Below are positions 18,201 through 26,700 of a stretch of DNA of 54,839 nt, one piece after another. The notes beneath the pieces are model-generated. The model was not told the DNA's origin and did no database searches. It saw nothing but the letters and a program-made list of their open reading frames with translations. The DNA is from a virus (Duplodnaviria; Caudoviricetes): the IMG/VR virus record IMGVR_UViG_3300009605_000029, positions 1 to 54,839 of that record, one strand, 5' to 3'. A program made the translations under genes and the position numbers. Numbering within the stretch: position 1 is the first letter of the stretch; the number at the start of each line of letters is the position of its first letter.

Positions 18201-21200
18201 GCCGCGCCAGTGATTCATCGAATGACTGACTATTAAATTCATCACCCAACGCCGTTTTGGTATTTGCTCTTAATGTACCAATTGATAGAGATGGATATTT
18301 TTGATCCCCCTGATCTGTTATTTCCACAACCCTGTCAGTCATAAAATCTATATGACTATCAATATTTGGATTATGATAAAAATCAGGAAGGAAAAGAGGT
18401 CTGTAATTTCCCTTCCCCAATCCCTCTAAATAGAGTTGGTCTTCAGGACTGCCACGAGATGCGTAATGTGCGGGAAGTTGTAGTAGGCGCGAGTACATCA
18501 ATAACCTTTGAGCGTATGTCGCTTCTCCCCAACTCGACGCCCCGGTCATATCAAGTAGCAATTTCTCGAATGGCCTACTCTCTACTCCTGCTCCCGTGCG
18601 TTTCGCCAACGCATTACCGATTCTCCTTCCATCCCTCAGGTAAATATTTTTAGACCCGAGAAGATCTATAATATCATCATCAGAAATATATTCTGGACGC
18701 CCATCTTCTAGGGAAACCTCCCCATTTTTATCGGTAATCAATCCTACTAATTTATCTTCAAACTTCCTCACTACAGATCTTGTCTCATTTGGGATAGGGA
18801 TTCCGTCCACACCTACATCATATAATTCATCTCGCACTTTCCACTGAGATATATTTCCTAGTGCCCGAATAGCGAGCGCCCCCTGAATTGTATCCTTTAT
18901 ATCCTTAGTGTCGTCAACAAATAGATCAGCAATTTTTATGAATTGTGACGCAGAAATATCACGGGGAAATTCAATATGACGCCTTACGTTTTCAGAAAGA
19001 AATCTAGAAGCCAGCGCATCTTTTTCGGCATCTGAAGCATCTACGTCAATCGCCGCCATCTTCTTTGTAAACTTCTGGTGTTCTATTTCGGCAGCCCTGC
19101 TCATCGTCTGGCCGTTGGACTCACTCTGATTTACAACATTGATAGTTTCATCAAGCCACCGATCAAATCTCTCTGTATCTGGTTCACCAAAAACCCGCCT
19201 AGCGGCCTTTTCTTTATCCTTGGAATTATTTAAGAAATAATTTTTAGCTTCTTGAAGTCTTTGATTTATTGTCTGCAAATAAATAATACTTTGTTCACGC
19301 TTGATTCTTGATATTTCTGCATTGTTACTTTGGTGCTGCATGAAAACACTTGACTGAATTTCATCTCTATCTCTCTTCCAGGCTTCATCACTGGCATACT
19401 TCTTTTCCCCATATATCTCAGCTAATTCACGGGTGAATGCAAACTTGGGACTTTTGTAAAGATCATCGTTCCGACTCTCAAGCTCTTCTAATCTTCTGTC
19501 CAACTCATCCAAAGTTTTTCTAATCTGAGGTTGCTGCTGTGTGAACGGCTTGCCCTCCTCTCGCGATATGAAATCATAAAAAAGAAGGCCATCCATAACA
19601 TCACTATTGTCAACATCCCGTTGAGCAATGCTGGATGCTTTTTCGTTTTTGCCACGACCTGTGAGTAATATTTCCCCAAGTTCTGCAATATCGAAATTGG
19701 CTCTATCGGAAGAGGCAAGTTCTAGATCTGAAATCGTCAGATCCCCATCGACACCTACACTTATTTGTTCTGACCCTGGACCTCGGTGAGTGCCCAGGTC
19801 TTCGGCCATCCGGAAATATCCACCTATCCCGAACGAACCACCCATCAAGGATCGTAGCACCCCACGGAACGAGGGCTTTTGGCCACCTATAACGGGATCG
19901 TCTGGGAATCTTTCTGCTCGCCGTCTAGTTTGCTGAATACCCAACAGGCTTTCGTCTGCATCAGCTTCAATCGCCGCTTGTTTGGCCCTTTGATATTGTT
20001 CGTTTCCAGTAAGACCGCCCATCTCGCCAAGTCCACCACCCAATTCGACTACAGTTCTACGCAATCCCTTGAGTCTTTCGGTAGCCATTTGATCCAAAGC
20101 GGCTTTTGCTTTTGTATATTTTCTTACTCCCGCATCATTTCCGGTATCACTATGACGCTTGATCAACTTGTCCAACTGTTCTTGGGCACCACTGTTTCTG
20201 GATTCAAAGTCTTTCACAATCCCTTCAACTTCTGATCGACTGATAAAGCCAGACCTTAGTAACTCGTCCATACCAAAAGGTATTGACGCCCATTTTCCTC
20301 CGAACATCTCGGTAATTCCATCAGCAATATCTGGTTCTACGCCAAGTTCTCTAAATACTGGCAACAACTCATCAGATATCCCGGTAATATTTTTGCCAAC
20401 GCTCTTTAATGCGTCATCTCCTCGGCGCTCTGCTGACTTTAACGTCGCCGTCAAAGGTGCATTCGCGTTATGGTTCCTAAGTTTGATACCAAGAACTTGA
20501 TGGGTGACCAACTTCGCAATCCCGCCAACAACGCCACCAACCTTGAAATCTTCCGCCATGGAACGACCAATATCTTCCATGGCATTGGGATCATACAGAC
20601 CACGGGCAGAAAGAGCTTGAAGCCACTGAGCCGACGCTTCCTGAGTCGCTTCCTGGAGGCCCGTGCTTAGGGCATCACCGAAACCAAATGTTTTTTCTAA
20701 ACTTGAAACATGACGAGCCGCATTCGGGCTGAGGCCAGCCTTCATTCTACCCATCATTTTTGATACAGGAGCCGGGAACAACCCGTACTTGATGGGCAAT
20801 ACCTCTGTCAGCCCGATAAGGGCACCCATCATATGAGCCGCACTTTCCTTGTACCACGGCACATTTGTACCAGTTCTTTGCTCGTAGTCAGCTATGCGGC
20901 GTGTCTGATCGCTGATGCCCATGCCTATACCAGCGCCCATGGCGGCATACCATCCATACGGAAGTCGGCTGATGGCACTGAGCCCCGCAACCTGACCAAG
21001 ACCCGTACCAACTGCGGGAAGAAATGCATCCCGATAGGCAGGATCTCTTTCACGCGCTCTTTTTGAGGCTTGCCTACGCAGCCGCTTTTCTACAGGTAGG
21101 TCAGCAAATGGCGTAGCTACGCCTATAGCGGCTTGGGCACCGGAGAGAAATATATCTGCCACACCGCTTGGTATGGACTTAAAGCCTTCCCATGCGGATC

Positions 21201-21360
21201 CAGCTAGGGTGCCCTCATCCTCCTCTTCTTCTTCTTCACCCGAACCAAAATAGTATTGTTGTTCGAGGCTGCGAGGATCTGGAATGATTTGGCCCATATA
21301 TGAATCCATGTCGGGAACATAGACCCATCGGCCATCGGGTAGCTGTATTCTTTTTGGCAT
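12262..21360 (-). CDS. Large polyvalent/internal virion protein (3032 aa) with two HExxH peptidase-like motifs, a SLOG-like domain and C-terminal LPD38
   Basis: Gly/Ala-rich hydrophobic N-terminal region; HEIAH (about 17633-17650); SGGAKGSD...RRNWLQV...GGTGWGVQMA...FAGVGTR (about 17020-17570); HEGLH (about 16087-16101); DDEWQDL...DNWVLP...KIPIPFEVGVLFK (LPD38-type). Confidence 0.8.
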   Translation of the reverse strand: MPKRIQLPDGRWVYVPDMDSYMGQIIPDPRSLEQQYYFGSGEEEEEEDEGTLAGSAWEGFKSIPSGVADIFLSGAQAAIGVATPFADLPVEKRLRRQASKRARERDPAYRDAFLPAVGTGLGQVAGLSAISRLPYGWYAAMGAGIGMGISDQTRRIADYEQRTGTNVPWYKESAAHMMGALIGLTEVLPIKYGLFPAPVSKMMGRMKAGLSPNAARHVSSLEKTFGFGDALSTGLQEATQEASAQWLQALSARGLYDPNAMEDIGRSMAEDFKVGGVVGGIAKLVTHQVLGIKLRNHNANAPLTATLKSAERRGDDALKSVGKNITGISDELLPVFRELGVEPDIADGITEMFGGKWASIPFGMDELLRSGFISRSEVEGIVKDFESRNSGAQEQLDKLIKRHSDTGNDAGVRKYTKAKAALDQMATERLKGLRRTVVELGGGLGEMGGLTGNEQYQRAKQAAIEADADESLLGIQQTRRRAERFPDDPVIGGQKPSFRGVLRSLMGGSFGIGGYFRMAEDLGTHRGPGSEQISVGVDGDLTISDLELASSDRANFDIAELGEILLTGRGKNEKASSIAQRDVDNSDVMDGLLFYDFISREEGKPFTQQQPQIRKTLDELDRRLEELESRNDDLYKSPKFAFTRELAEIYGEKKYASDEAWKRDRDEIQSSVFMQHQSNNAEISRIKREQSIIYLQTINQRLQEAKNYFLNNSKDKEKAARRVFGEPDTERFDRWLDETINVVNQSESNGQTMSRAAEIEHQKFTKKMAAIDVDASDAEKDALASRFLSENVRRHIEFPRDISASQFIKIADLFVDDTKDIKDTIQGALAIRALGNISQWKVRDELYDVGVDGIPIPNETRSVVRKFEDKLVGLITDKNGEVSLEDGRPEYISDDDIIDLLGSKNIYLRDGRRIGNALAKRTGAGVESRPFEKLLLDMTGASSWGEATYAQRLLMYSRLLQLPAHYASRGSPEDQLYLEGLGKGNYRPLFLPDFYHNPNIDSHIDFMTDRVVEITDQGDQKYPSLSIGTLRANTKTALGDEFNSQSFDESLARLIETGVFNPTDSAAPDVILSPDTWEAQRPVDESQIELGVGGFATDTWNNLLNNYGVTQFPWGTVPDSQLSPELTEEQRLGAKWAPVIENIFPEISGGVDVEFVKADDPRLINDAGRVTSARHLKDPNRIIISYGKVQELAKRAKEGKGFSVKAENANVEKYLRHVSDIDRDFLDTDEVMLFVLAHEIAHERFPAQEAGVSIPPDWEGVAAGITMLSGGAKGSDTLWGKIGLGYGLLSDNIKHLHAPQHRKSTLPSMNTEVSDELLAEADVHLRKAATALGKEFSGGTGYVADLLRRNWLQVKYADQIFAIGTWDKKRPGAVEGGTGWGVQMAIDNNKQVFFFDQNKGQWYTVDKGNWTRISTPTIETSRFAGVGTRQINAAGRKAIEDVYNKTKKERGVSESRGAYENQINNMALTEVDRYMRSQVEPLYEEQKIEERRKESERLPTAVSESRVRFNVSYKPLDLTMEGVTQPGDTRVQDKESWVIESDPELVRSKLAEKNTPWTSQVDDLLVRYNEKNPGKPLNKKEFIEKYTALLTSTSAPLQELSDLGILDTIQGTIARPDRMAPTESILQLGTAGGRSLVQALMKTGAIPSSLQDNIHALRRRYVDTIETRFEILDRNVEDLVKKMRLPDNIQRMYVDDANGLFQFLGDVAVRGEEMSADLPAIYDRPGNRIIINLAAIDPNNMESAQEVVRDAAFHEGLHALIIRDHLTEEELEVLYNFVRNENNIVPKEIDEEAYNAKLTWFERAVVESADKKVDLAEADIEKEAVISLLQNMVRHPDAYIEGKKTRKIGKGIRGFLEGFVDAAKDADIVDVMKILGRIERGEVGDRGAGFLGDKEYTVDSIVRSNDLLRYANPEDIEQLRTAIVLRDAAPSDQMRISEQAKVDDIADKIIANRGIIRESAGPIPNTVEAIENQRKLVQSMRDTHTGSVALIGLDQNKKNSEEYKLALDTFMEMRGKHPDYAYKMPAQYQTLFNNKSKSSSGALSLAHDAIESGLMSSVDGDATRKSFDKDGALDPDDLTGDTVEATESNLEKTTEELRYLYLDRRQWVVKQTDKLLAAQNRAQLDAETSALVMWRNSDNALNWLPGLMLRGPLSYLGTSVGSGRFENAPVYDDELQETYGGDGRIQGLNEIFAPIIDSKDTETAFLYGMAKRILWTKDRRDSLRSLSEDVRREDLDPAVRLKLERFEQAYDAINPERTTRERGRQNKFSEDKLNEIIREVETNESNQFIVEFWDRYNAYDNHMIKMSYNTGMITREMRDEWLSMPYAPFYRDVATDEDFPVGSREEIRKRGVNLVEKALTGSMDPISSDLADGVIRNTQALVRDAMMNASVSRTVRDAVALGDARKINISSMAGSLDNRVVRVMEEGIPVFYEFDDVQLAMSTMMLGFNPKKQLQELFGGRKLGELTQKALTGSSSLLRDAVTRTPPFAIKNVFRDSWNAMTLTGGGPELVLEAFRNALDTDILRRADEAGLSIGIDFVAEPGQYGKVMQRELDKANLDWKKPFTPLAAAWNLTGRIAKQSEVATRLAVYDRVLAMTGDKSLAQYYAIEIMNYGRRGASPTLSTYMATVPFMNGRLQGMDVTYRGLRGKKGSSDIPGVFGYGLTADKYEGLPMWQKSRGMVLGRGLLLTAATSVLYFLMRDDDEWQDLRDEVKADNWVLPMSDHAWLKIPIPFEVGVLFKVIPEKILEAIVEKDVGAVDVGEETWRQLRTSLSIGGPQLFSPVVNAMRNYDTFRKDAIVDSWMEETLSPNEQRNMYTSNVARGIADFANSIPLVKNLDFLTSPMKVEYMMRQYVGTMGGYVVTVADRVARTGWLPDLPYDPYMNLAEAESVIGTTKDFDFKSLIGGEGVVNVPILGDLLTDPRTRGGRQQEFFEMIEELDTTVATLNSITERDRKKGFEYREKHLNILRHQRQLRYIQNQMRKWRERRDLLGKLPRGSMSDDEKREYYQRLLESRQSILTGVDTLMTSIKQG

Positions 21361-21397
21361 CTAAGAAATTAATTTCATATTGCACTTTATTGGGTCA

Positions 21398-23761
21398 CTA
21401 TTCACCAATTGCCACACCAGAAGTAGCCGCAGCCTGTCCAAATACCTGCCACAACCAGTTGTCCATCTGTTCCTTACTGATATAATCCCGCTCCCACATA
21501 CCCATCAACACTTCCTGGAACTGCACCATCATTTGGGGTGTCATCCGACGTGATTCATCTAATTGCATCTGAATACCCTCTAATTGACCCAGAACCTGCG
21601 CGTCAATCTCATCACGCGAAGCTGCAGTAAGGAAAACGTCTCTTAGAACTTGGTTCTGTGTATCATACGTATTGTATCTGGATCTAGCAGCAGCCGCTGT
21701 AAGTGGAAGTCCTTCATAATCTCTAGCCAAATCACCCTGTTCTATCTGCCCGTAGGCGGCGTCTCTCAGCCCCTCGGCCAGGGCACCCGGCCTTCTTCCC
21801 ATTCCAGCGATTGCCCCACCAACATCTGCATAGAGACGAGTTCGAGCATCATCCCGTGCGTCCTGAGCCCGTTGCAGTTGATAAGCAGCCAACTCCCTTT
21901 CTGCGGGTGTTTCTGTACGGCCCCACAGATCTTGCGCTTTGAGCATATCTATTTGTCGCTCCGCAAGATTTACGTCCGCGCCTACCACGTCTTCTGTTGG
22001 ATCCGCTACTGGAGGGGGAGGCCCTTCTTCAATTCCTCGTACATCACCCGGTCCTTCTGGTTCCTGTGCTGCTATTTCTGCCTCACTTATTGGCTCCAGC
22101 CGCCACGTTTTTTCACCACTCGGACCCTCTATAGCAGGATCATAAAGTTCTCCGTCCATACCCATTCGCAAGAGATCTCCTTCAGCATCTCTATACTCTG
22201 GTCCAAACTGCTGTCCCGGTATCATTGCCTCGTAAATATTCGCAAGCCCTGTAGTTAAGCCCTGAACACCCCCATGCACATCAGCCCCCCTGCGCCTAAG
22301 CCATCGACCAATATCACTTGGTACATCTCTTTCGCCCGACGCATAAGTTCCTGGGGGCGTAACAAGATCGCCCTCCGGATCCCATCCCAATACCGCCCTA
22401 TACCCCGCAGGAACTTCGTCTCCATACTGCCAAGTAGGATCATCTGGATTTCTCCCACCATTTTGCAGCCCGATGATACCGCCAGAAGCTCTAGCGGGTA
22501 ACGGAGCATAACCCTGTCTTGGTGCGACATAGCCCGCACCAGCCGAATCCATAACATCTATATCAGGGAAATCTTGTCGATCCAGCCATGCTTGATTGGC
22601 TCTGTCCTGAAAATCATTCAAACCCAAGCCTGAACGGTATTCCGCAAGCTCTCTCAAATCCGTTTCTACTGGCAGTTCATCACGCAGCCAGTCATATCTT
22701 GGGGCTTTCGCCCTATCTGCACGTATCGCAGGTGAGTCTGCTAGATCTTTACCTGGAGGGGGCGCAGTATTCTCTGGAGTTGGTTCTGGCCCATCAAAGG
22801 GATCCAGGGCAACCAATCCTGTTATTCCCAATGCCCCTCCCCCTCTAATAATTGATCGCCTCCCTATCCCAGCCAAACCACTCTTCACCCCTGCGCCCGC
22901 ATCCCATACCTTTTTACCAGTTTTAGGATCTTTAACCCAACCACCAGCCCTACCTCCCATCCACCCCGGAGATTTACTTCTAGCCTGTTTGGGATCCAGT
23001 AACCGAGCCAAAAATTTTCTTTTCCCACCCGCTTCCCTCAGTGCTAACGTTCTTGCGCCAGCGCCCTCCAGGAGTCTTTGTGTCCGAGCACCTCCCCTTA
23101 ACCCCAACGCAAGCCGTCCTGTCCCGCCAATCAACCTGCCCGCAGGATGAAGCATCGCGGCCGAAAGTGCTGTACGCGCAGCAGTTCTAAAAGGATTTTC
23201 CGCTGCTTCTTTCCATGAACCCGCACCAGTAGCTAGACGCCCAATACCAGACCAAAATCCAGGTCCTTCGGTATCTCCACCTTCTTGATATCTAGGAATA
23301 AGACCGCCGTGAGCCATCATCGGGGGACCACCAGGAGGGGGACCGCCCATCGGGGGACCACCCGGACCCATGGGAGGGCCGCCAGGAGGAGGACCGCCAG
23401 GACCCATCGGAGGACCGCCAGGGGGAGGACCGCCAGGGCCGCCGGGGGGTCCACCACCGGGAGGTCTACCAGGACCACCGGGAGGAGGGCCGCCACCAGG
23501 GCCACCGACAGGGCGATCTTCTCCAGCAAACTCATTATAAGTTTGTTCAGCGATGGTTCCCGCTGGTTGTCCCTGGCTCGCACGCATAGCCTCGTCGGCC
23601 TGTCTCGCTGCGTTACGGTTTCCCATCTCAGATACAATGAGATTCTGTGGAGGCGGGGCCATACCAGGGAGCGTGCTTCCCGGATTCTTAAATTCCTCCC
23701 CGAGACGCTCGTCGGAAAAACCCTGTATATATTTTTCCCATTGTATAAAGCTGAGAGCCAT
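21398..23761 (-). CDS. Putative internal virion/ejection protein with Pro-Gly-rich segment
   Basis: Lies between nozzle and large internal protein; GGPPPGGPPMGP repeats; motifs MAHGGLIPRYQEGG and RASGGIIGLQNGG. Confidence 0.62.
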   Translation of the reverse strand: MALSFIQWEKYIQGFSDERLGEEFKNPGSTLPGMAPPPQNLIVSEMGNRNAARQADEAMRASQGQPAGTIAEQTYNEFAGEDRPVGGPGGGPPPGGPGRPPGGGPPGGPGGPPPGGPPMGPGGPPPGGPPMGPGGPPMGGPPPGGPPMMAHGGLIPRYQEGGDTEGPGFWSGIGRLATGAGSWKEAAENPFRTAARTALSAAMLHPAGRLIGGTGRLALGLRGGARTQRLLEGAGARTLALREAGGKRKFLARLLDPKQARSKSPGWMGGRAGGWVKDPKTGKKVWDAGAGVKSGLAGIGRRSIIRGGGALGITGLVALDPFDGPEPTPENTAPPPGKDLADSPAIRADRAKAPRYDWLRDELPVETDLRELAEYRSGLGLNDFQDRANQAWLDRQDFPDIDVMDSAGAGYVAPRQGYAPLPARASGGIIGLQNGGRNPDDPTWQYGDEVPAGYRAVLGWDPEGDLVTPPGTYASGERDVPSDIGRWLRRRGADVHGGVQGLTTGLANIYEAMIPGQQFGPEYRDAEGDLLRMGMDGELYDPAIEGPSGEKTWRLEPISEAEIAAQEPEGPGDVRGIEEGPPPPVADPTEDVVGADVNLAERQIDMLKAQDLWGRTETPAERELAAYQLQRAQDARDDARTRLYADVGGAIAGMGRRPGALAEGLRDAAYGQIEQGDLARDYEGLPLTAAAARSRYNTYDTQNQVLRDVFLTAASRDEIDAQVLGQLEGIQMQLDESRRMTPQMMVQFQEVLMGMWERDYISKEQMDNWLWQVFGQAAATSGVAIGE
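23320..23510 (-). repeat. Coding Pro/Gly tandem repeats (GGPPPGGPPMGP-like)
   Basis: Visible directly in translation and DNA. Confidence 0.85.
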
Positions 23762-23798
23762 AATTATTTCCTGTGACTATCCTTAATTATTAAGACTG

Positions 23799-26700
23799 CT
23801 ACCATTGATTCTGCAGGCCAAGCCCCGGACCCTTCCAATCTGAAGTTCCATAACCTTCCCAAAGATCTTTCCCCGTCCATGATTGTGATGAGGATGCTGG
23901 CGTAACTCCTTGTTGATTCTGCGTTCCTTGTTGATTCTGCGTTCCTTGTTGATTCCGTTGAAACTTGTCCCATGCACCCAAGCCCGCGACACCCGCAGCC
24001 ATTGCACTAGCACCAGGACCCGTCTGGGGCTCATATGCGCTTTGTGTAACGGTTCCTTGATAAGGAAGTCCACCCATAGCTGACTGCTGCCAACCAATAT
24101 TTGCTCTTTCTTGGTTCAACTTATTCTGCCAATCCTGATAGCCCATACCAAGCGATTGCTGTTGTAGTTGGCGCTGTTTTTCACCCGCCGCTTCCATTCC
24201 CCGCAATCTTTCAAGCTGCTGCTGCTGTTGTTGGGCACCTAGCTGCATCTGCTGCCCACCAACACCAGCTAGTTGGCCACCCATTCCTCCCATCTGGCCA
24301 TATAATTGACCCTGTGCTCCGATAGCACCCTGCTGTTGGCCGAGCATCTGACCATAGGTGCCCCAACCTTGTTCCCGAGCGGCTTGGGCAGCTTGTAGCG
24401 CACCCAGCCCAAGCTGAGTACCAGTTTGAGCAGCCTGTAATCCTTGCTGTTGACCCAACTGGGACATCCCGACACCCGCTTGGGCGGCGGCTCGTTGAGC
24501 CGCAAGTCCTTGGGCTCTCTCTGCAGCACCAGCCAATGAAGCGGCCCTCTGGGCCTCAAGTCCCTGCATTCCAAACTGGGCACCCTGTCCAACGGCCCCT
24601 ATTTGAGCTTGTAGTCCTTGTAATTGGCGAGCAGCGCCAACATCACCCATTTGGGCTGCTTGCTGCTGTGCCCTCATTTGAGCATCACTGCCGTACTGCC
24701 CGGCACCAATACCCGTTTGCAACGCCTGTAACTGTGCTTGGCCAGCCTGTTGCCCGGCAGCCAAGCCCTGCTGTGCAGCCTGTAATTGTTGTGCCCCACC
24801 TGCTTGTGCGGCACCAACACCAGCCTGTTGAGCAGCTAATTGGGCGGCAACACCTTGTTGGCCAGCAGCAGCAGCTTGCTGCGCTAATTGCGCTTGCTGG
24901 CTCATGGCCTGCTGTGCAGCACTACCGCCAGCCTGTTGAGCTTGCTGTAGAGCGGCAATGCCCTGTTGCTGTGCTTGCACGGCTTGTTGCGCTGCCGCTT
25001 GACGGCCAGCTTGACCAGCCTGCGCGGCACCCATTCCTGCAATTTGAGCCTGCTGTTCCGCACCTAATCCAGCCTGTCTAGCGGCTCCCGCAGCCTGTGC
25101 CGCCTGTTGCGCTTGACTTTGTCCAGATTGAGCAAGTCCATAACCACCAAGTTGAGCCTGCTGTTCCGCGCTTAATCCAGCTTGTCGAGCCTGCGCTGCT
25201 TGCATCGCAGCCTGTTGAGCCTGAGTCTGAGCCTGCTGTGCAGCACCAAAGCCACCAAGTTGAGCTTGCTGTTCTTGGGTAAGACCAGCCTGTTGTGCTA
25301 CTGCCGCTTGCTGCTCCGCACTAAGCCCCATCTGCTGGGCTTGCTCTCTACGACGAGCATCTTCACGCTCTCTCCCAACAGCACTCTGGAATGCTTCTTG
25401 TTGCCCCTTGCCAATAATCTCAGCAGCTTGCTGTGAAGCCGCTTTCGCCTGCTCTGCGGCCTGAACAGCCTGTCGCGTACCACCGAAAGCACCAGCCTGT
25501 GCCGCCCGTGATCCCAACTCTTGCCCTTGCATCCTCTGAAATTCCATCAACTGCTGTAACTGAGGATCAGTGACGCCAGCGGTGTACTGCGACATATACT
25601 GAGACAGATCTGCTCCCCCTCCCAACTGAGGTGCCTGTGCACCCAAAGCTCGCATACGTTGAGCGGCTTCTGCCCCAGCGGCTCCTGCTCTACCACCAAC
25701 ACCAGTTATACCAGCAAGTGCTTGTTGACCAAGCTGTTGTCCTTGAGCACCAGCCGCTTGTATGGCCCGTGCGGCTTCTGCCCCAGCCGCACCTGCTCGA
25801 CCACCTACACCAGTAACACCCGCAAGACCCGCTTGGCCAAGTTGTTGCGCTCCTGCACCAGCCGCTTGTATGTCGGCAGCAGTTTGGGCACCAGCCGCAC
25901 CTGCTCTGGCACCGACACCAGTTATGGCTCTTTGACCCGCCAATGCTGCCTGTTGACCCTCAAGACCAGCCTGTCGTATGTCAGCAGCACCTATCTGACC
26001 AGCTTGTTGTGCCTGTAGCCCAGTTCCACCCAACTGACCCCTAATATCTGCACCTAGCTCTCCAGCCTGACCACCCAAACCACCCATCTGTGCCATGGCT
26101 TGTTGGCCTATCCCAAGAGCTTGTTGCCCGGTAGCACCCATTCGGCCCATAGCTTGTGCGCCAAGCTGCTGTGCTTGGGTTCCGAGCCCGGCCATTTGAG
26201 CCTGTCCAGCCGCACCAGCCTGTTGCGCCTGCTGACCTAACGCCGTCGCCTGAGCCTCACGAGCTTGAGCCTGTCCCGCCGCACCAGCCCCCAACCCCCG
26301 TATTCCAGTAGCAAGTTGCTGCTGGGCTGTTAGGGCCGCCTGTCCCGCACCAGCCATGCCACCACCCAATCCAGCCATTTGTGCCTGGGCGGCTTCTGCA
26401 GCCGTCGCTTGTCCCGCACCTAAAAATTGTTGCCGTGCTTGCTCTGTCGCTCCTGCCGCTGCCTGCCCTATACCTAACAATCGTTGCTCTACCTGTCCCG
26501 CCGTTCCCGTTTGCCTCATTCCCGCACCAGCGAGTTGACCTTGCAGTTCAGCGCGAGCACCAAGCTGGCCCATACCTAGAGCGGCCTGTTGTGCCTGTTG
26601 CTGTGCAAGCGGAGCGGCGGCCCCAAATTGAGCGGCCATCTGAGCGTACTGCGGCTGTAGACCCATCAATCCTTGCTGGGCACCACCAATCATTTGGCCA

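Noticed and set aside
12262-21360. Virion RNA polymerase (N4- or crAss-like) suggested by size
   Set aside because: I found no DxDxD-type double-psi or T7-type polymerase motif in a convincing context; the C-terminus is LPD38-like. A structure search is needed to exclude it fully.
23320-23510. Collagen-like repeat
   Set aside because: The pattern is GGPPP/GGPPM, not a sustained Gly-X-Y triplet.
23907-23955. Short direct repeats as a CRISPR array
   Set aside because: They are head-to-tail 18-mers with no spacers, in frame within a CDS (NQQGTQ).
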